Assembly: GCA_950097015.1 (NCBI GenBank)
Contig: CATNEN010000007.1
Coordinates: forward strand, 4,960,001-5,024,000
Reading direction: 5' to 3'
DNA from: Macrostomum hystrix
Lineage: Eukaryota > Animalia > Platyhelminthes
DNA length: 64,000 nucleotides
The notes under the pieces were generated by a model. It searched no databases, was not told the origin of the DNA, and saw nothing but the letters and a program-made list of their open reading frames with translations. Within the stretch, counting starts at the first letter, position 1. Each line of letters starts with the position of its first letter. Positions 45,090 to 57,319 of this stretch are shown one piece after another. Both the position numbers and the translations under genes were made by a program.

Positions 45090-45730
45090 ATGAGTGGTGT
45101 ACTCGATGACACAATCTCAACTGAAGTCTTGGACAGATGCCTACGCCAATATGAGAAGGAGAGGGAGAGCCCAAGCAGTCAGGAGGCTCTTCAGGCTGCT
45201 CAGTTTGCCTACGCGTGGGGCCTGACTCGCACCCGGCACCGGCCGAGTCTCCGCCTGGCCTGCCAGCTGTTGCAAGATCTCTTCTTGAGTGCCAAAGATG
45301 AGACCGCTAGGCGGGACTACCTCTATTATGTTGCCATCGCCAAGGTGAGTTCGTCTGAGTTTTTCTGCACCTAAAGTGAAAGCAAATCCTTCCAGTGCGT
45401 GGAATCACTTTCAATACTTTCCATTGACCCTTGGGATCACTATGTATTATCCTAGCAACCAGTGACCAGTCAATACTTTCCCATCATCCACCGTTCCACA
45501 TCCCGCAGGTAAAGCTAGCCGAGTACGAAGACGCATTTGAATACCTTGACGGCATCCTGAAGGTGGAGCCAAACAATCACCAGGTGCGACAGCTTCGTCA
45601 GGAGGCTGAGAAGCAGCGCAAACGCGACGGAGCCATCGGAGTGGCGATCCTGGGCGGCGCGGCTGCCGTTGTTGGCATCGGCGCCGCAGTTGGCGCCGCC
45701 ATCGGCATCACCAGACTGGCTAGGCGCTGA
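45090..45730 (+). CDS. FIS1: Mitochondrial fission 1 protein, 2 exons (45090-45344, 45509-45730), 158 aa
   Basis: AQFAYAWGL, RRDYLYYVAI, LKVEPNNHQ, C-terminal TM GVAILGGAAAVVG plus basic tail; GT/AG phase 0. Confidence 0.93.
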
Positions 45731-46198
45731 GCCTACAAGCTGCGGCCTGGGAATGCGCAACCATTGACTTCGTTCTACTCGTACCTTTGTGTGACGTTTT
45801 TGATCACATTGTTTATAACTGCTAACTACAATTATTTGACACGTACTATTCAGAGGCCCTGTCATAGCAGTGCAATCGATTATTGTGTTTTTATCAGATC
45901 AGTTATAATTATCGATAACAGCTGCTTGACTTTGTCGATTATGTGTAAATAAATATTTTATTTTATTACGAAATAAATTTGTGACATGCAGGATTGTAAG
46001 GCCTATTAAAAAAACAGGTGCTCTGCCTATATATACATTGCATTAATTTTTTTTATTACCGCATTTATCTCTGGTAGGTTTTTGACAAATCACGAATCAA
46101 GCAAGCAAATCAATCTGTAACATGGAATATAATTCGAGTCATATAGATTAGATACAATGGCTCCTAATTCCAAATCCTACCACATCCACAGCATCAGG

Positions 46199-47983
46199 AT
46201 GAGCAAGAAAGCGGAGGCCAACACCCCCAAGGCCATCAGCAATCGCATCAAAGCCAAAGGCTTGCAGAAGCTTCGCTGGTATTGCGAAATGTGCCAGAAG
46301 CAGTGCCGCGATGAGAATGGCTTCAAGTGCCACTCAATGTCTGAGGCGCACCAGCGCCAGCTGCTTCTGTTCGCTGAGACTCCGGAGAAGTACATCGAAC
46401 AGTACAGCAAAGAATTTCTGAAGGGTTACACGGATCTGCTGAAGCGACAGTTTGGATGCAAGCGCGTGCTGGCGAATACTGCCTACCAAGAATACATCAA
46501 GGATAGGAACCACGTGCACATGAATGCTACTAAGTAAGCTTGCTGCTGCCCTGTGTTCTCAGGGTCTCACTGCCGAGATAGGAGACTTCACAAACCCAAA
46601 ATTTCATAAATCCGAGTTTTTTTAAGTCGAACACAGTGAGAAAAAATATATTTCGACGATGTGAAATTTTGCCGTTTTGAGATTTCGGGGTTGTGAAATT
46701 TCAGACATATGAAATTTTCGGGTTTATAAAGTTCGAGGCTTCGACGGTATAAAAAGTTCGTGTTTCGCCCTCGCTTGTTCCACCCGCCTCACTCCCCTTT
46801 TCTACCCACCTCACACCGCTTGTTCCACCCACCATACGCCCCATTTCCACCCACCTCACCAGATTTTCCACCCGCACAATTAAACCTCGCGTCGCCACCT
46901 CATTGACCGGTTCAGGTGGCACACCCTGAGCAACCTGGTTCAGTGGCTCGGCCGCGAAGGTATCTGCAAGGTTGACGAAACTGAGCGCGGCTGGTACGTT
47001 CAGTACCTGGAGCGCGATCCCGAGCAGGAGCGCCGCCAGCGAGGCAAGGAGCGCTTAGAGCTGACCGACGCCGAGCTGCAGCAGCGCCAGATTGATCGCC
47101 AGATCGAATGGGGCCGAATCAGAGCTGCAGAGGCTAATGGCGACACCGATGGCGATTCTTCCAAACCGACGGAGCTGCGTCGACCAGACGCCGATGCCGA
47201 AGGCGACGATCAGCAGCAGCCGATCCGCATCAGCCTAGCCTTGAAGCGCCCAGCGCAGCCTCTGCAGTCGGCCGCATCGGCGACTGCTACCAGTGTGCAG
47301 CAGTCGTCGAAGGAGATCGCTGAAAATGCTTTGGCAAAGTAAGACTTTAGAAAGCTAAAACCTAAACTATTGAATTTAGAACTCTCCTACTGCGTCTGTG
47401 CTAGTCCTCGAGAGTCTGAATCTTTAACGGCAGAGTACTAATTAATCTGCAACTTTTCGAATTTAACCGCAGGGCTGAAAGAGAAGCGAAACTGCGCAAA
47501 CTGCAGGAGCAGCAGAGCAGGCAGCAGAAGCAGGAGAAGCCTCGCTCGGCCGTTGAGCAGCTCCGAGATGAGTTGGAACGCGAGAAGGCCGCCTCCAGCG
47601 GCGGTGACAGCGGCGGCTACCGAAGCTGGCTCTCACCCGGCCTGGTGGTGCGGCTGCTCGACCCCAGCAGGCCGGACTGGCATAGGCGAAAGGCCATCGT
47701 AGACGCGGTCACGCCGCGCCCCAGCGTTCGGATTCATTTCCTTGACGACGAAAGCGGCTCAGTCGTTGAGGTGTCGGAATCCCGCTTAGAGACGGTGCTA
47801 CCAGCGCTTGGCGGCCGCATTCGCATAGTTGGCCCGGCCAAGAGCTCTCTGTGGGGCCGCCTGGCCACGCTGGTTTCGCTGCAGGAGGCGGACTTTGCCT
47901 GCACGGCTCGCCTAGACGACGGCCGTGTTTTGTCTGGCCTGGCCTACGAGGATGTGTGCAAAGTGAGCGACTCGGCAACTTAA
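46199..47983 (+). CDS. KIN: DNA/RNA-binding protein KIN17, 3 exons (46199-46533, 46916-47338, 47473-47983)
   Basis: KAKGLQKLRWYCEMCQKQCRDENGFKCH zinc finger, HVHMNATKWHTL winged-helix, C-terminal KOW/SH3-like LETVLPALG; splice phases consistent. Confidence 0.95.
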
Positions 47984-48267
47984 GTTGCTAACAATTAGAG
48001 TTTGTTAGTATTTGTCGACAGTATCCGAGTTCTTCTCATTTGCAGTTCTACGCTCGTAACAAAACGCAAGTCTTACTCACCATTTTTTGTGACTGTTTGC
48101 CATGTGTACGAAATAACATATTGTGTGGCTATAAGAATATTTGCATTTATATAAACTCGTTAATAAATAGCAGCACAATTTCTGCTGTGTTCATGTGTCA
48201 TTGTGGGTGTGAATATAAATCATAAAAAATTAAATGATTTGCACAAGCACGTATTTTAGAGGATTTA

Positions 48268-48430
48268 CTACCTAGTGGTTAGGACGTCGGACTCACGACT
48301 TGAAGGTATGGGGCTTGATTCTCGACTCTAATGCAACAATTTGTGTCCTTTAGCAAGAAACTTATCTTTTCATATCTTCAGTTCGCCCATCTGTTGAACA
48401 GTAGAACTACCAAGGGGGGGTTTTACCATT
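48268..48430 (+). mobile_element. Degenerate tRNA-derived SINE
   Basis: CCTAGTGGTTAGGACGTCGGACTCACGAC head followed by TTGTGTCCTTTAGCAAG.. body. Confidence 0.5.
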
Positions 48431-50269
48431 TTGTGTGCTGCACTCGAACGGAGAACCGCAAGCACACGAAACTCAAGTACACGGCCCAACTTTTTCTTTC
48501 GCATCTTGTGAAACAAGAATCAAGTCGCCAGCTCTTTAGACCGTCGCGTCGAAATATTCAATGGTTCTGGCCGAAGGTCAGATTTTAATCAAAAGCTCTA
48601 GTGTATTTCATACACCCCTATTCACAAATTAGCACTGCGCCTCAGTGCGGCCTCGCCAGGCCATCAATATTTATCAGCATGTCACCCGAATGTGGCCGCA
48701 TCATCTCCGTCTTTGGTGGTCACCTACCTTTATCTAGTCGGATTTTCTGGGCCTTCAAGGGCTAAAACAGGTGGAAATAGGCCACTATGGCACCTATCAA
48801 TGTCTCAAATTTCACAGATCAAGCCTAAATATTAGGCGCAGCTCAACCACAGTACTCAATTGCCTAGTCTGTCAACCAATCAGTCACCACCCAATGCTGT
48901 TAGCATTCAGGTGCTGCCAAAAAATTCAGAGGCGGAATATCCACACAATGGTATAGAAACGGTATACAAAATGGCTTAGTAGTACTACTGTATAGATTAA
49001 AGCAGTAGAAATTTGGGTGCGTGTTGCGTCCGCCCCGCCCAGCTGTAAGCAGCCTTTAGTTTCGCCGCGCGACAGCTAGCTAGTCCATCAACAGTGCGAA
49101 GTAGTGTATAAAGACCTCCCTAACTCAATTACAATTATCTGCTTGTAGACAACTGGGATTCGAGAAAGCTCGATTGGCTGACAGATTCCGAAAGCAATGA
49201 GACGCTGTCAATTATGAATCAATTGCACGAACGCAAGCATAAAGATTGGATGTTAGTGTGGTGCAGGCGCCGCACCCGCCTCAAATAGCGGTGCTCCGAT
49301 TCGTTAGCCGTCGAAGTCACCATTCTCAATTCTATTATCGATTTCGATATTTGGACTTCGCGACACTTGCGCTTGAGGCTGCAGTAAGCAGTCTACGTAT
49401 TTGAAGTCAGTCCTTCGCCCACGTCTCTGAAACATATAAAAATTGAGCTACAAATGGGGTTTATGAAATGGATTAGCTTTGAAGCTTACATCTTTTTAAT
49501 TGTACTTCTAGCTTATATATTAAAACTGAGTTACATAATCGCTAATTATATGAATCGGGTTTGCTTTTGAGTTTTGTGCATGCCCATGCAAGTACGGTAC
49601 TAAAGGAGCAACTCTTGTATGCGGTATTCTTAAGTACTTTGACTACATTCCTTCAATGCACCATTCAATGCTATGTGAATTATGAATATATATATTCATA
49701 TATTCATTATGTAGCTTTGGATAGCGCTTTTCAGATTCGCTAATATGTAAATTCCCGATGCCATGACGAGAATTCTAAATATTGTTCGTATTCTCACCAT
49801 TCACTATATTCACTGCACAGAACTCGTACTTACACATTGCACACTGCGTATTTCCGTCAATTCGTCATGCAAAGATTACAAATTAACTTTTGTGCACAGT
49901 TCAAACTTCTTGTCGATTCTCGAAATTGGAAATTGTGCGTGCGTACAGTGCGAAAGTTGTTTCTACTGCCGAAGTTTCCAGGAAATCAAAGCTCGTGCTT
50001 CATGACTTCAGTCTTTTTTATCGTCGACGTATAGCTGAAAATATTTTGATATTGTTGTGGTTATCTTCTTGCGGGAAGATATTATTTTTTAATATAAAGA
50101 TTTACGTATTTTAACTACCGCTTATCTTGCAGTGGCTTTTTTATAGGTCTAGCTAATTATTCGTAAACCACAGTCCTAAGTCTATGTTAATTGCATTAGC
50201 AAGAAGCTTGGCCTTGGTGTCATCAGCTTGACCCAAATTACAGAGTTAATAATTCCGTGTCACAGTGCG

Positions 50270-53200
50270 ATGTCTCAAAGTTGCAGTAGTATACTGTTTT
50301 GTTTGGCAGTATTTATTTATTTTTTTGGAATAAGCCCTGTGACTACTGAGACATCAACAATGGATACAAGATTGGATAGTAAGAAGCTGCCTATACATGT
50401 AATATATACATTTGTGTTTTTGAAGCACAATTGTTAGGTATATATCATATAATATAAATTATAGATATATATCAAAGTGTCTACAAGTCTTAGTCACTAT
50501 GTCATTCACCCTCTTACACCCTATGACATGTCATCCAGATGACAAAAAGCTATGAAAAAGTGTTGAGGAACCATTAAAATGTCCTATACCATAAAAACAT
50601 TATACAATCAGAAGACTTACTTGGCAATTTCTTATAAAGTCATCAATTAGGAATTGATACAGAAAAACAGAGGAAAGATTAGTGCAACAGAAAGAAAGAA
50701 AATAAAAGCAAACACTGCTAAAATTATTAAGTAATAATTGGACAGCATATACAATTTACAATGGAAACATGATAAATGAATGATTTACTGTATTTATAAA
50801 TTAAACTTGTTAAAAAGTTGAGTGACATGTATTAAAATACAAGTTGTAGGGCCTATATGTTAGAGGGTAGGATAGCAAAATGTGTATCATCAGTTGGAAG
50901 ACTTATTGTTTAATTTACTTATTTTTCTAATACACTTCAAAAATATTCCTAACCAAGCATCTGCTTTAACTAACCTTTATAGAAGGCTTATAACCATTTA
51001 GATTAAGCAGCTTCCTATAATTCCATCAGCATCACTATAGTTACCAATCTAGCATACTAAATTGCTTAGGTTTTATATTTTTTGAGTAGAAACTATTTAG
51101 ATTAATAAAACATTGTAGCTATCAGATTCCTATGCAACTTCCTTATTAGCTAAATTGTTTTTGAAAGAGCTATATGTTTTAGGCCATTGAAATTACTTTA
51201 ATACTATCTTAATACTATTAATATTATCTTATCTTATATATATATATGCTTAGCTAAGGAAAAAACTACTTTATTTACTTGCCAAGTGGGCCTTTATATT
51301 ATTTAGGAACATGCTGCTTGCAATATTTCACAATAAGATAGTTTCTAACTGTAGCTTAGACATGACATGCCATGTGTGCTAGATACATACTATTGGCAAA
51401 GAGTAAGACTTGTACAGATCTAATAGCACATAAAACATTGATTGGAGCCTATGAATTATCTAGTCAATAGCTTGTTTTTTATGATACATAAGCAAAGGAC
51501 AAATGTTTTAGTAATTATATGAGTACTTGCATTAGTACATACCAATATAACATTTTTGTTAAAAACCATTATTTATAAAAAAATTATACTAGCCATGCTC
51601 TGACAATTAAAAAAAAGTGTGGAACAATTTTAAATATGGTAATCATTGCTGATTTTAGCATTTCTTTTCTCCAATGCAGGTCATTTAAATAGCTTGCTCA
51701 CCTCCTATGAGGTGCTGCACCCAGGCAAGATTGTTTCCAAGCGGAGTCTCACAGACGAAACCACACAGCACCTTCACTTTACTGCTTTTAATAGGTGAGT
51801 CATTATTAACTGTGGCACCAGAGACTGCGGAGATTGTGACTTGCAATACTGTCATCACTTTGAACTCCATTTTCCTTCCCTAGGAGTTTTAACCTGGTGC
51901 TCCGCCAGATCTACTCTGGCAGTGTGTCCAGCTCTTTAACAATTCAGTCTGTGAAGGCTGGTGGCAAGCTGGAATCCATTAGAGCTGCTGAACTACTGTC
52001 CGACTTCTATACAGGATATCTTGAAGGTGACTTGGGCTGGGGCATACAGCTCCGACTTCTATACAGGATATGTTGAAGGTGACTTGGGCTGGGGCATACA
52101 GCTCCAGGTGACATACCTGGTGACAGGTGACAGGTGACAGGTGACTTCTATACAGGATATGTTGAAGGTGACTTGGCTGGGGCATACAGCTCCATATATC
52201 TAGCTTACAGAGGCAACATGTTAACTGAAGAAACTAAAAATGACTATTTTTCAAACAGGCGAACCTGATTCCTACGTTTACGGATACAAGGAGGACAACA
52301 AATTTTATTTAACAATGGATAATGGCATTCAATATCTCAACATTGAGGTAAGTCAAATTTGAGGGAGGTAATCTTGCTAGTCTAGTAATAGCAGTTAGTG
52401 GATTTTGTTATTGATAATTTGCTGTGATTTTAAGCTTTTGTCGGTTTTTATGGACACTTTTTTAGCGAAGAGCTTCATAATAATTGCTTATTTTAATAAA
52501 CTAATTTTAGCCACTGTCCAGAATTTCTGGCAATCAATCAGATGTTCGATTGTTAGTTTACTATGACGACGCCATCAATAATACGTAAGTTTCAATACGG
52601 TCAGCGCGTTTTCTGGAACACAACCAATCACAGAAAAGTCACACTTCAACTTCTTCCCACCAACAGCGGCCAGTTCTGCGCCAGCCAATCGGCTTCTAGG
52701 ATCGGCGCGCCAATTCAGGTCAGCCCCGCGCCCCCTTCGTCCTCTTCTGTGGCGTTCTTCAGCGCTTTAAACAACGCAGCCAATAAGAATTCTACTGGAC
52801 TGAGACGGCGTCAGAGGCGTCAGACTGGATCGTCGGCGAGTTCGCAGCCTAAAAGCGTCTGTCGGATGCAGCTGGTGGCTGATTACACCTTCTTTTACAA
52901 CATTTGCGCTAACTCGTTTAGCAGTACGGCCAAGACTTTGATCAAAATTGCAGACGATATTAACCGCGTGTACATGGAGACACAGTTTGTTCATCCGAGA
53001 ACTGGCGAACTGTACACCGGGGTCGGCTTCGAGCTGGCCAACGTGGTGCGTTGATTGCGGCGATGTTTCATGCCCTTAAAAGTAGATCATTCTTGGAAAT
53101 GAAGCTCTAGTAGCGAAACCTGTTCAGTCCACGGACTGGTGGGTCGCCACACCCACCCTGTCCCTGACTTCTAATGATTCGAACTTCAGACCTCTCGGTT

Positions 53201-53629
53201 ATGAGTCCAAAGCTAGCCGTATAATCTCTGTGTTAAGAGTATTTTTTATTAGATCAATGCTTTAAAGAAGTTGATCTAAAGCGAGCGGATTGAGTAGGTA
53301 TTGAACCAAAATAGTATTGAATTTGATTACCCCCACCCCACCAGGTGGTTATGGAGTCGTTCAGTGATCCTGGGTCACATTGGGCGCCGCATTTCAACGC
53401 GCAGCGGCTGCATGACCAGCTGCCACAGCACGCCAGCCAGTACCTGGAGGCGTTCGGTGACACTAAGCAGAACGGCATCGACCTCGGCTCCTACTGCATC
53501 AATCACCTGGTCACATTCAGGCCAATGCAGCAGAACATTCTGGGCCTGGCTTACCTGGGCTCCGCCAATTCAAACAACATCGGAGGCGTGTGCTCCCCGC
53601 CCAGCATGTCCAGCTACGGCAGGCAGAGT
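50270..53629 (+). CDS. ADAM17: ADAM17/TACE-like metalloprotease, exons 1-7
   Basis: Exons 50270-50378, 51680-51794, 51884-52026, 52259-52347, 52511-52584, 52667-53045, 53345-53629, phase-consistent; signal peptide, prodomain, furin site RRRQRR, CRMQLVADYTFF, LGLAYLG..GGVC. Confidence 0.8.
52000..52192 (+). repeat. 52-bp duplication of exon-3 end plus splice donor, 3 copies
   Basis: GACTTCTATACAGGATAT(C/G)TTGAAG|GTGACTTGG at 52002, 52054, 52142. Confidence 0.85.
53100..53225 (-). mobile_element. tRNA-derived SINE fragment in ADAM intron
   Basis: Minus strand TTGGACTCATAACCGAGAGGTCTGAAGTTCGAATC (anticodon arm plus B-box-like). Confidence 0.45.
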
Positions 53630-54739
53630 GTGAGTGGCAGAGTGCACGCACCAAGGTCTCTGAGCTCGATTCCGCCGCGGAGAAATGGCTTGGGGGCTTG
53701 TCCTCTTTAGGCGATTGAAAGCCATTCAGCCTCTATTTGTACGCTGTCTGACAATAAAAAAAGTTAAGATGATTGAACACCCCTGTGTGAGTGCGTGCCT
53801 GAGTAGGGTATCAGTATGCTTGTGTGCTCAGGAGTCAGCTGAATGGCGTAGAGTTACCTCTCGCTGGCTGCGGGTTGACTGTCACCAATCAGTGCCCACA
53901 TTCTTCTATTGCAATAGCATTCTAAGCTTTGCTCGCATGTATTAATCTAAAAGTCTAATTATGTGACAGACAGAGAAACAGATAGATACCACTGTCTGTT
54001 ATTTGCGGTACCAGAGTTTTATAACGCCTTACCTGGACCACCTAGTTTCTAGATAAAAAACGGTCAACGAGTATTGTGCATTTAGGAAACTTCAGCGAAA
54101 GTTATTTTGCATTTCTTGTGGAAACGCACGCATGCCACTTTACTGGAATAGCTGGACCCCTGAAACCCCGATTACGAAAACCAGTAAGAAACTTGTTTTT
54201 AAATGGACAATCACAAACTCGAAGCAAAATTTACAGCGATGCACAGTCTGGGTTAACAGAACAGCAGCAACACCACAGCTTTAAACAGTTGCTACCCAAA
54301 TCTTGCGGCTTAAAAAGCCTGCTCTTGCTCAATTGAACCTAGCATAAACGTACACATTGATCGTTATGAACACGCAAGAATACGCATAATGTGTCACTAA
54401 AACTCCTCCAGTGATAAGTACGAGTAGGAATTAAACTCTTTTTTTATTGTGGGAACTGGTAAAACTGTCAGATTAACGTCATTCCAAGTCGGTAAGGATA
54501 TATAAAAACAAGTAGAAATGCTTTCGACCCAACTAATAACCACGAAGTTGGTAGCCTGAATTAATTAGCTGCCATGAAAGCTTCAAATATGAGAAGCCCA
54601 AAGAAACGGAAAAAAAATTGTGAATAATAAGTTCGATAAATTCGATTGAATTTTAATGGATTGCGAGAAAAATAATTGGGCACTTAAAAATTAGAAAGGC
54701 TGATTTATTTTATTTAGAAGTCTAGAGTTTAAATAACAT

Positions 54740-54900
54740 GGGGGATGTGCGCCATTCAGGTGGCGAGAGTTCAAACCTCGGCTTACCAGCCGGGCTGGCT
54801 GGGTGCACTGACCCCCCTGCGGCTAAACAGGCCGGGAGGGTTGGTGCAGGTACACTAGTCCGGCCGCGATAGTAAATAGGTAAACCCAACTTTAAATGCG
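54740..54900 (+). mobile_element. Possible SINE / structured short element
   Basis: GGGGATGT start, B-box-like GAGTTCAAACC, 14-bp wobble stem. Confidence 0.3.
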
Positions 54901-54999
54901 TTTGTTTACCGTTTAAAGAATCAATTTAAGGATATTGAATAGGTTGCCTACGTTACAAGATAATCACTGAGGAAACCGGAGTGGTGACTGGGTGCGCTT

Positions 55000-56100
55000 G
55001 ATCATTTGCTGGGTGTTCTTTTTTCCCTGCCTTGCTCCAATTTAGCGATGTGCTCAGACCTGTTTTTCACACTGGTGCGCCATTTCTCACGTTCCGTCGC
55101 CAATCGTTCGGCGTCCATCAGGTCAAGACCTCCTTCCTTGAGTATCCTTGAGTATTTCTAGTAGTTGATGGTGTTCAGTTATAGTCCTGCGGCGTCGCTT
55201 TGGTATGGTTTCCAGTCCGCGGAACCAACCTAGCGCGGCTCGTTTAGTTTGACGCGGCCATGTGTCCTAAATGTGTCCAATCCTAGTCAGTTAAGCTGTC
55301 TCTATCTTCGCGCGTATCGACTTAATGTTTAGCTCATATCGGATGTCCTGCATGTTGACCCTTCCGCTTCCATCTCCCGCAGGGGTTCCATGCTTTTGGT
55401 ACTCCACACATATCGGTAGGTCTTGTCGATAAAACGTTGCAGCTTCTTGATTCCCGACATCAGGAGTGCCCGTGTGTTTGCATGAAAAAGAAGGACGCTC
55501 TCTACACAAGCCTCAAAAACATTTTCTTGAGAGATTTTCTTCAATTTGCTGTTAAGAAATTTTTTCCTGATTGTGGTCCAGATTCAAGTTGCTCTTTAAG
55601 TGCTGTTTCTGGTATCCACCTTTCTGCTCATCCAACTGCCAGCATCCGGATGTTCCCTCCTTCTTCGGTGCCTATCACCATAGTTTCCTGCTTCACATCG
55701 GTCGTTCCTTCTTCAAATTGAAGCATGGCCACTGTGGTTGCCAAATAATATTGTGTTGGTGGCAAATAACGATGTATCAAAATTGCGCCTTCGCATTTCA
55801 GAGTTGTATTGGTTGATTCTCTAAGGTGACAGATTTTCCAGGTGGATAGGCCCATGCGATGCCTCACTCGATCCCTTCTTCCTGGGCGTTTGCTTGTCAC
55901 AAGGTTCTCGCAAGGTCGCAAGACTTTTCTTTTTTAATGCTCGCATCGACCGGCTTCAATAGCCAACAACAGTTTTCCTACTTTCGCGAGTTCGATAGTG
56001 TCCTCGTGCAGACGGTAGTCGGTGCAATTTCAAACTATGTCCAAGGTGTTGCGAAAGCTGTCCAATCTCATTTTCGCGAAGTGACAGAGTCTGAGAAACG
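55000..56100 (-). mobile_element. RTE-like LINE 3' fragment, degenerate
   Basis: VFEACVESVLLF..IKKLQRFIDKTYRYVW and EEGGNIRMLAVG resemble the post-RT region of RTE ORF2. Confidence 0.6.
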
Positions 56101-56109
56101 GTAGCGATA

Positions 56110-56620
56110 TACTTCCGCAGGTTGGTTGGATCCGAGTCGATCAGGATACTTCAGATCTTGGCAAGTTAATACACGGTTTATTTGTTTGTTGATGCACGAA
56201 GTGGCCTTTGTTTGTGCCACTGCAGAAAACATAGTCACTCGTAGGAAAAATGACGTGTCTGAATGAGCTTGTCTATTCTCCGATTTCTATCGGGATGAAA
56301 AGCGGAACAGGCCTTTCAGCACGTTTACCCCGAACCTTGATGACAATCAGCCGCTGTAACATACGCGCCTTCAACTTGCTAAGCGCTGACATGGTTTCGT
56401 CCAGTTCTCATTTGCTCCTCTTCGCTCGCTGCCAGGCTGCGATCTGATGTTTAAAAGGCTCAGAAGTGCGATGCTTGTTGAAAATAGACTGACAATTTGT
56501 GACGAATTCAGAGACTTCCTTCCAATAAGAAATGATTCGGAAGTCTTTCAAAGTCAATATATACTTTCAAGGTAGTCGTTGATATGTTTTGTGATCTTTT
56601 GAACATCACTGGTCAACTGG
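56110..56620 (-). pseudogene. Second-family YR, degenerate copy B
   Basis: Manual translation: LTSDVQKITKHI, YWKEVSEF..IFNKHRTSE, IKVRGKRAERPVPLF, LKYPDRL..RKYIAT, collinear with 57925-59103. Confidence 0.7.
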
Positions 56621-57319
56621 AAGGTCTAACCTTTATCCAGTTTGTTCTCCTGTAAGGTGAGTAGCGCGATCGTCGAAATACTCTTCTACATCGACTGTTT
56701 ACAAATTATAACAAGCTAAAGTTTAAAGGAACGTGGGAAAAGCGTTCCAAGTTAATTATGAAAATAGTGTGGTACAAAACGACTACAGAATAATAGGGCT
56801 AACTGCCTCCATGTCACTTCGGTTAGCTAGAATTCTTTAAATAATTGTCTAGCTGCAATTTATTGCTCGAATTGTGCTAGATACATGTACGAGCTATAGA
56901 TTCAAACGCTTTCAATGGCCTTTCACTTATGATGGGCTTACATCTCGGACAACATGTCCGATCTTGTAAGGAATTTTATATTTTGGATGTTTTGGCACAG
57001 CTACTTTTTAGGGTTAAAGTCCTTTGTTTTGGGTACTCTAGTATAGCAACAAATTGTTTTCGATAAATACTTACGAACCGTATGTCTTAGAGACGATAAC
57101 ATAGGATTTTAGTATCGAAGTGACATTGCTTCTTTCAATTAACCTCAGCATCAATTATAAAGGTTAGAGAAAATAACATTGCACGAAGCGTCAGTTCAAG
57201 CAAGAAAATAAAAATTACTCTTGTTAGGGTGAGACTTTGGCCTAACTAGCTACTTATTAAGTTTCTGAATTTCGTTAAAAACTTGCTCTTAAGTTTCAGA
57301 TCAGAACAGATCAGTTCTT

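Noticed and set aside
54780-54860. Twister ribozyme (GGAGGGTTGG resembles twister ends)
   Set aside because: The expected GGTCCCAAGCCC-type core and pseudoknot partners were not found.
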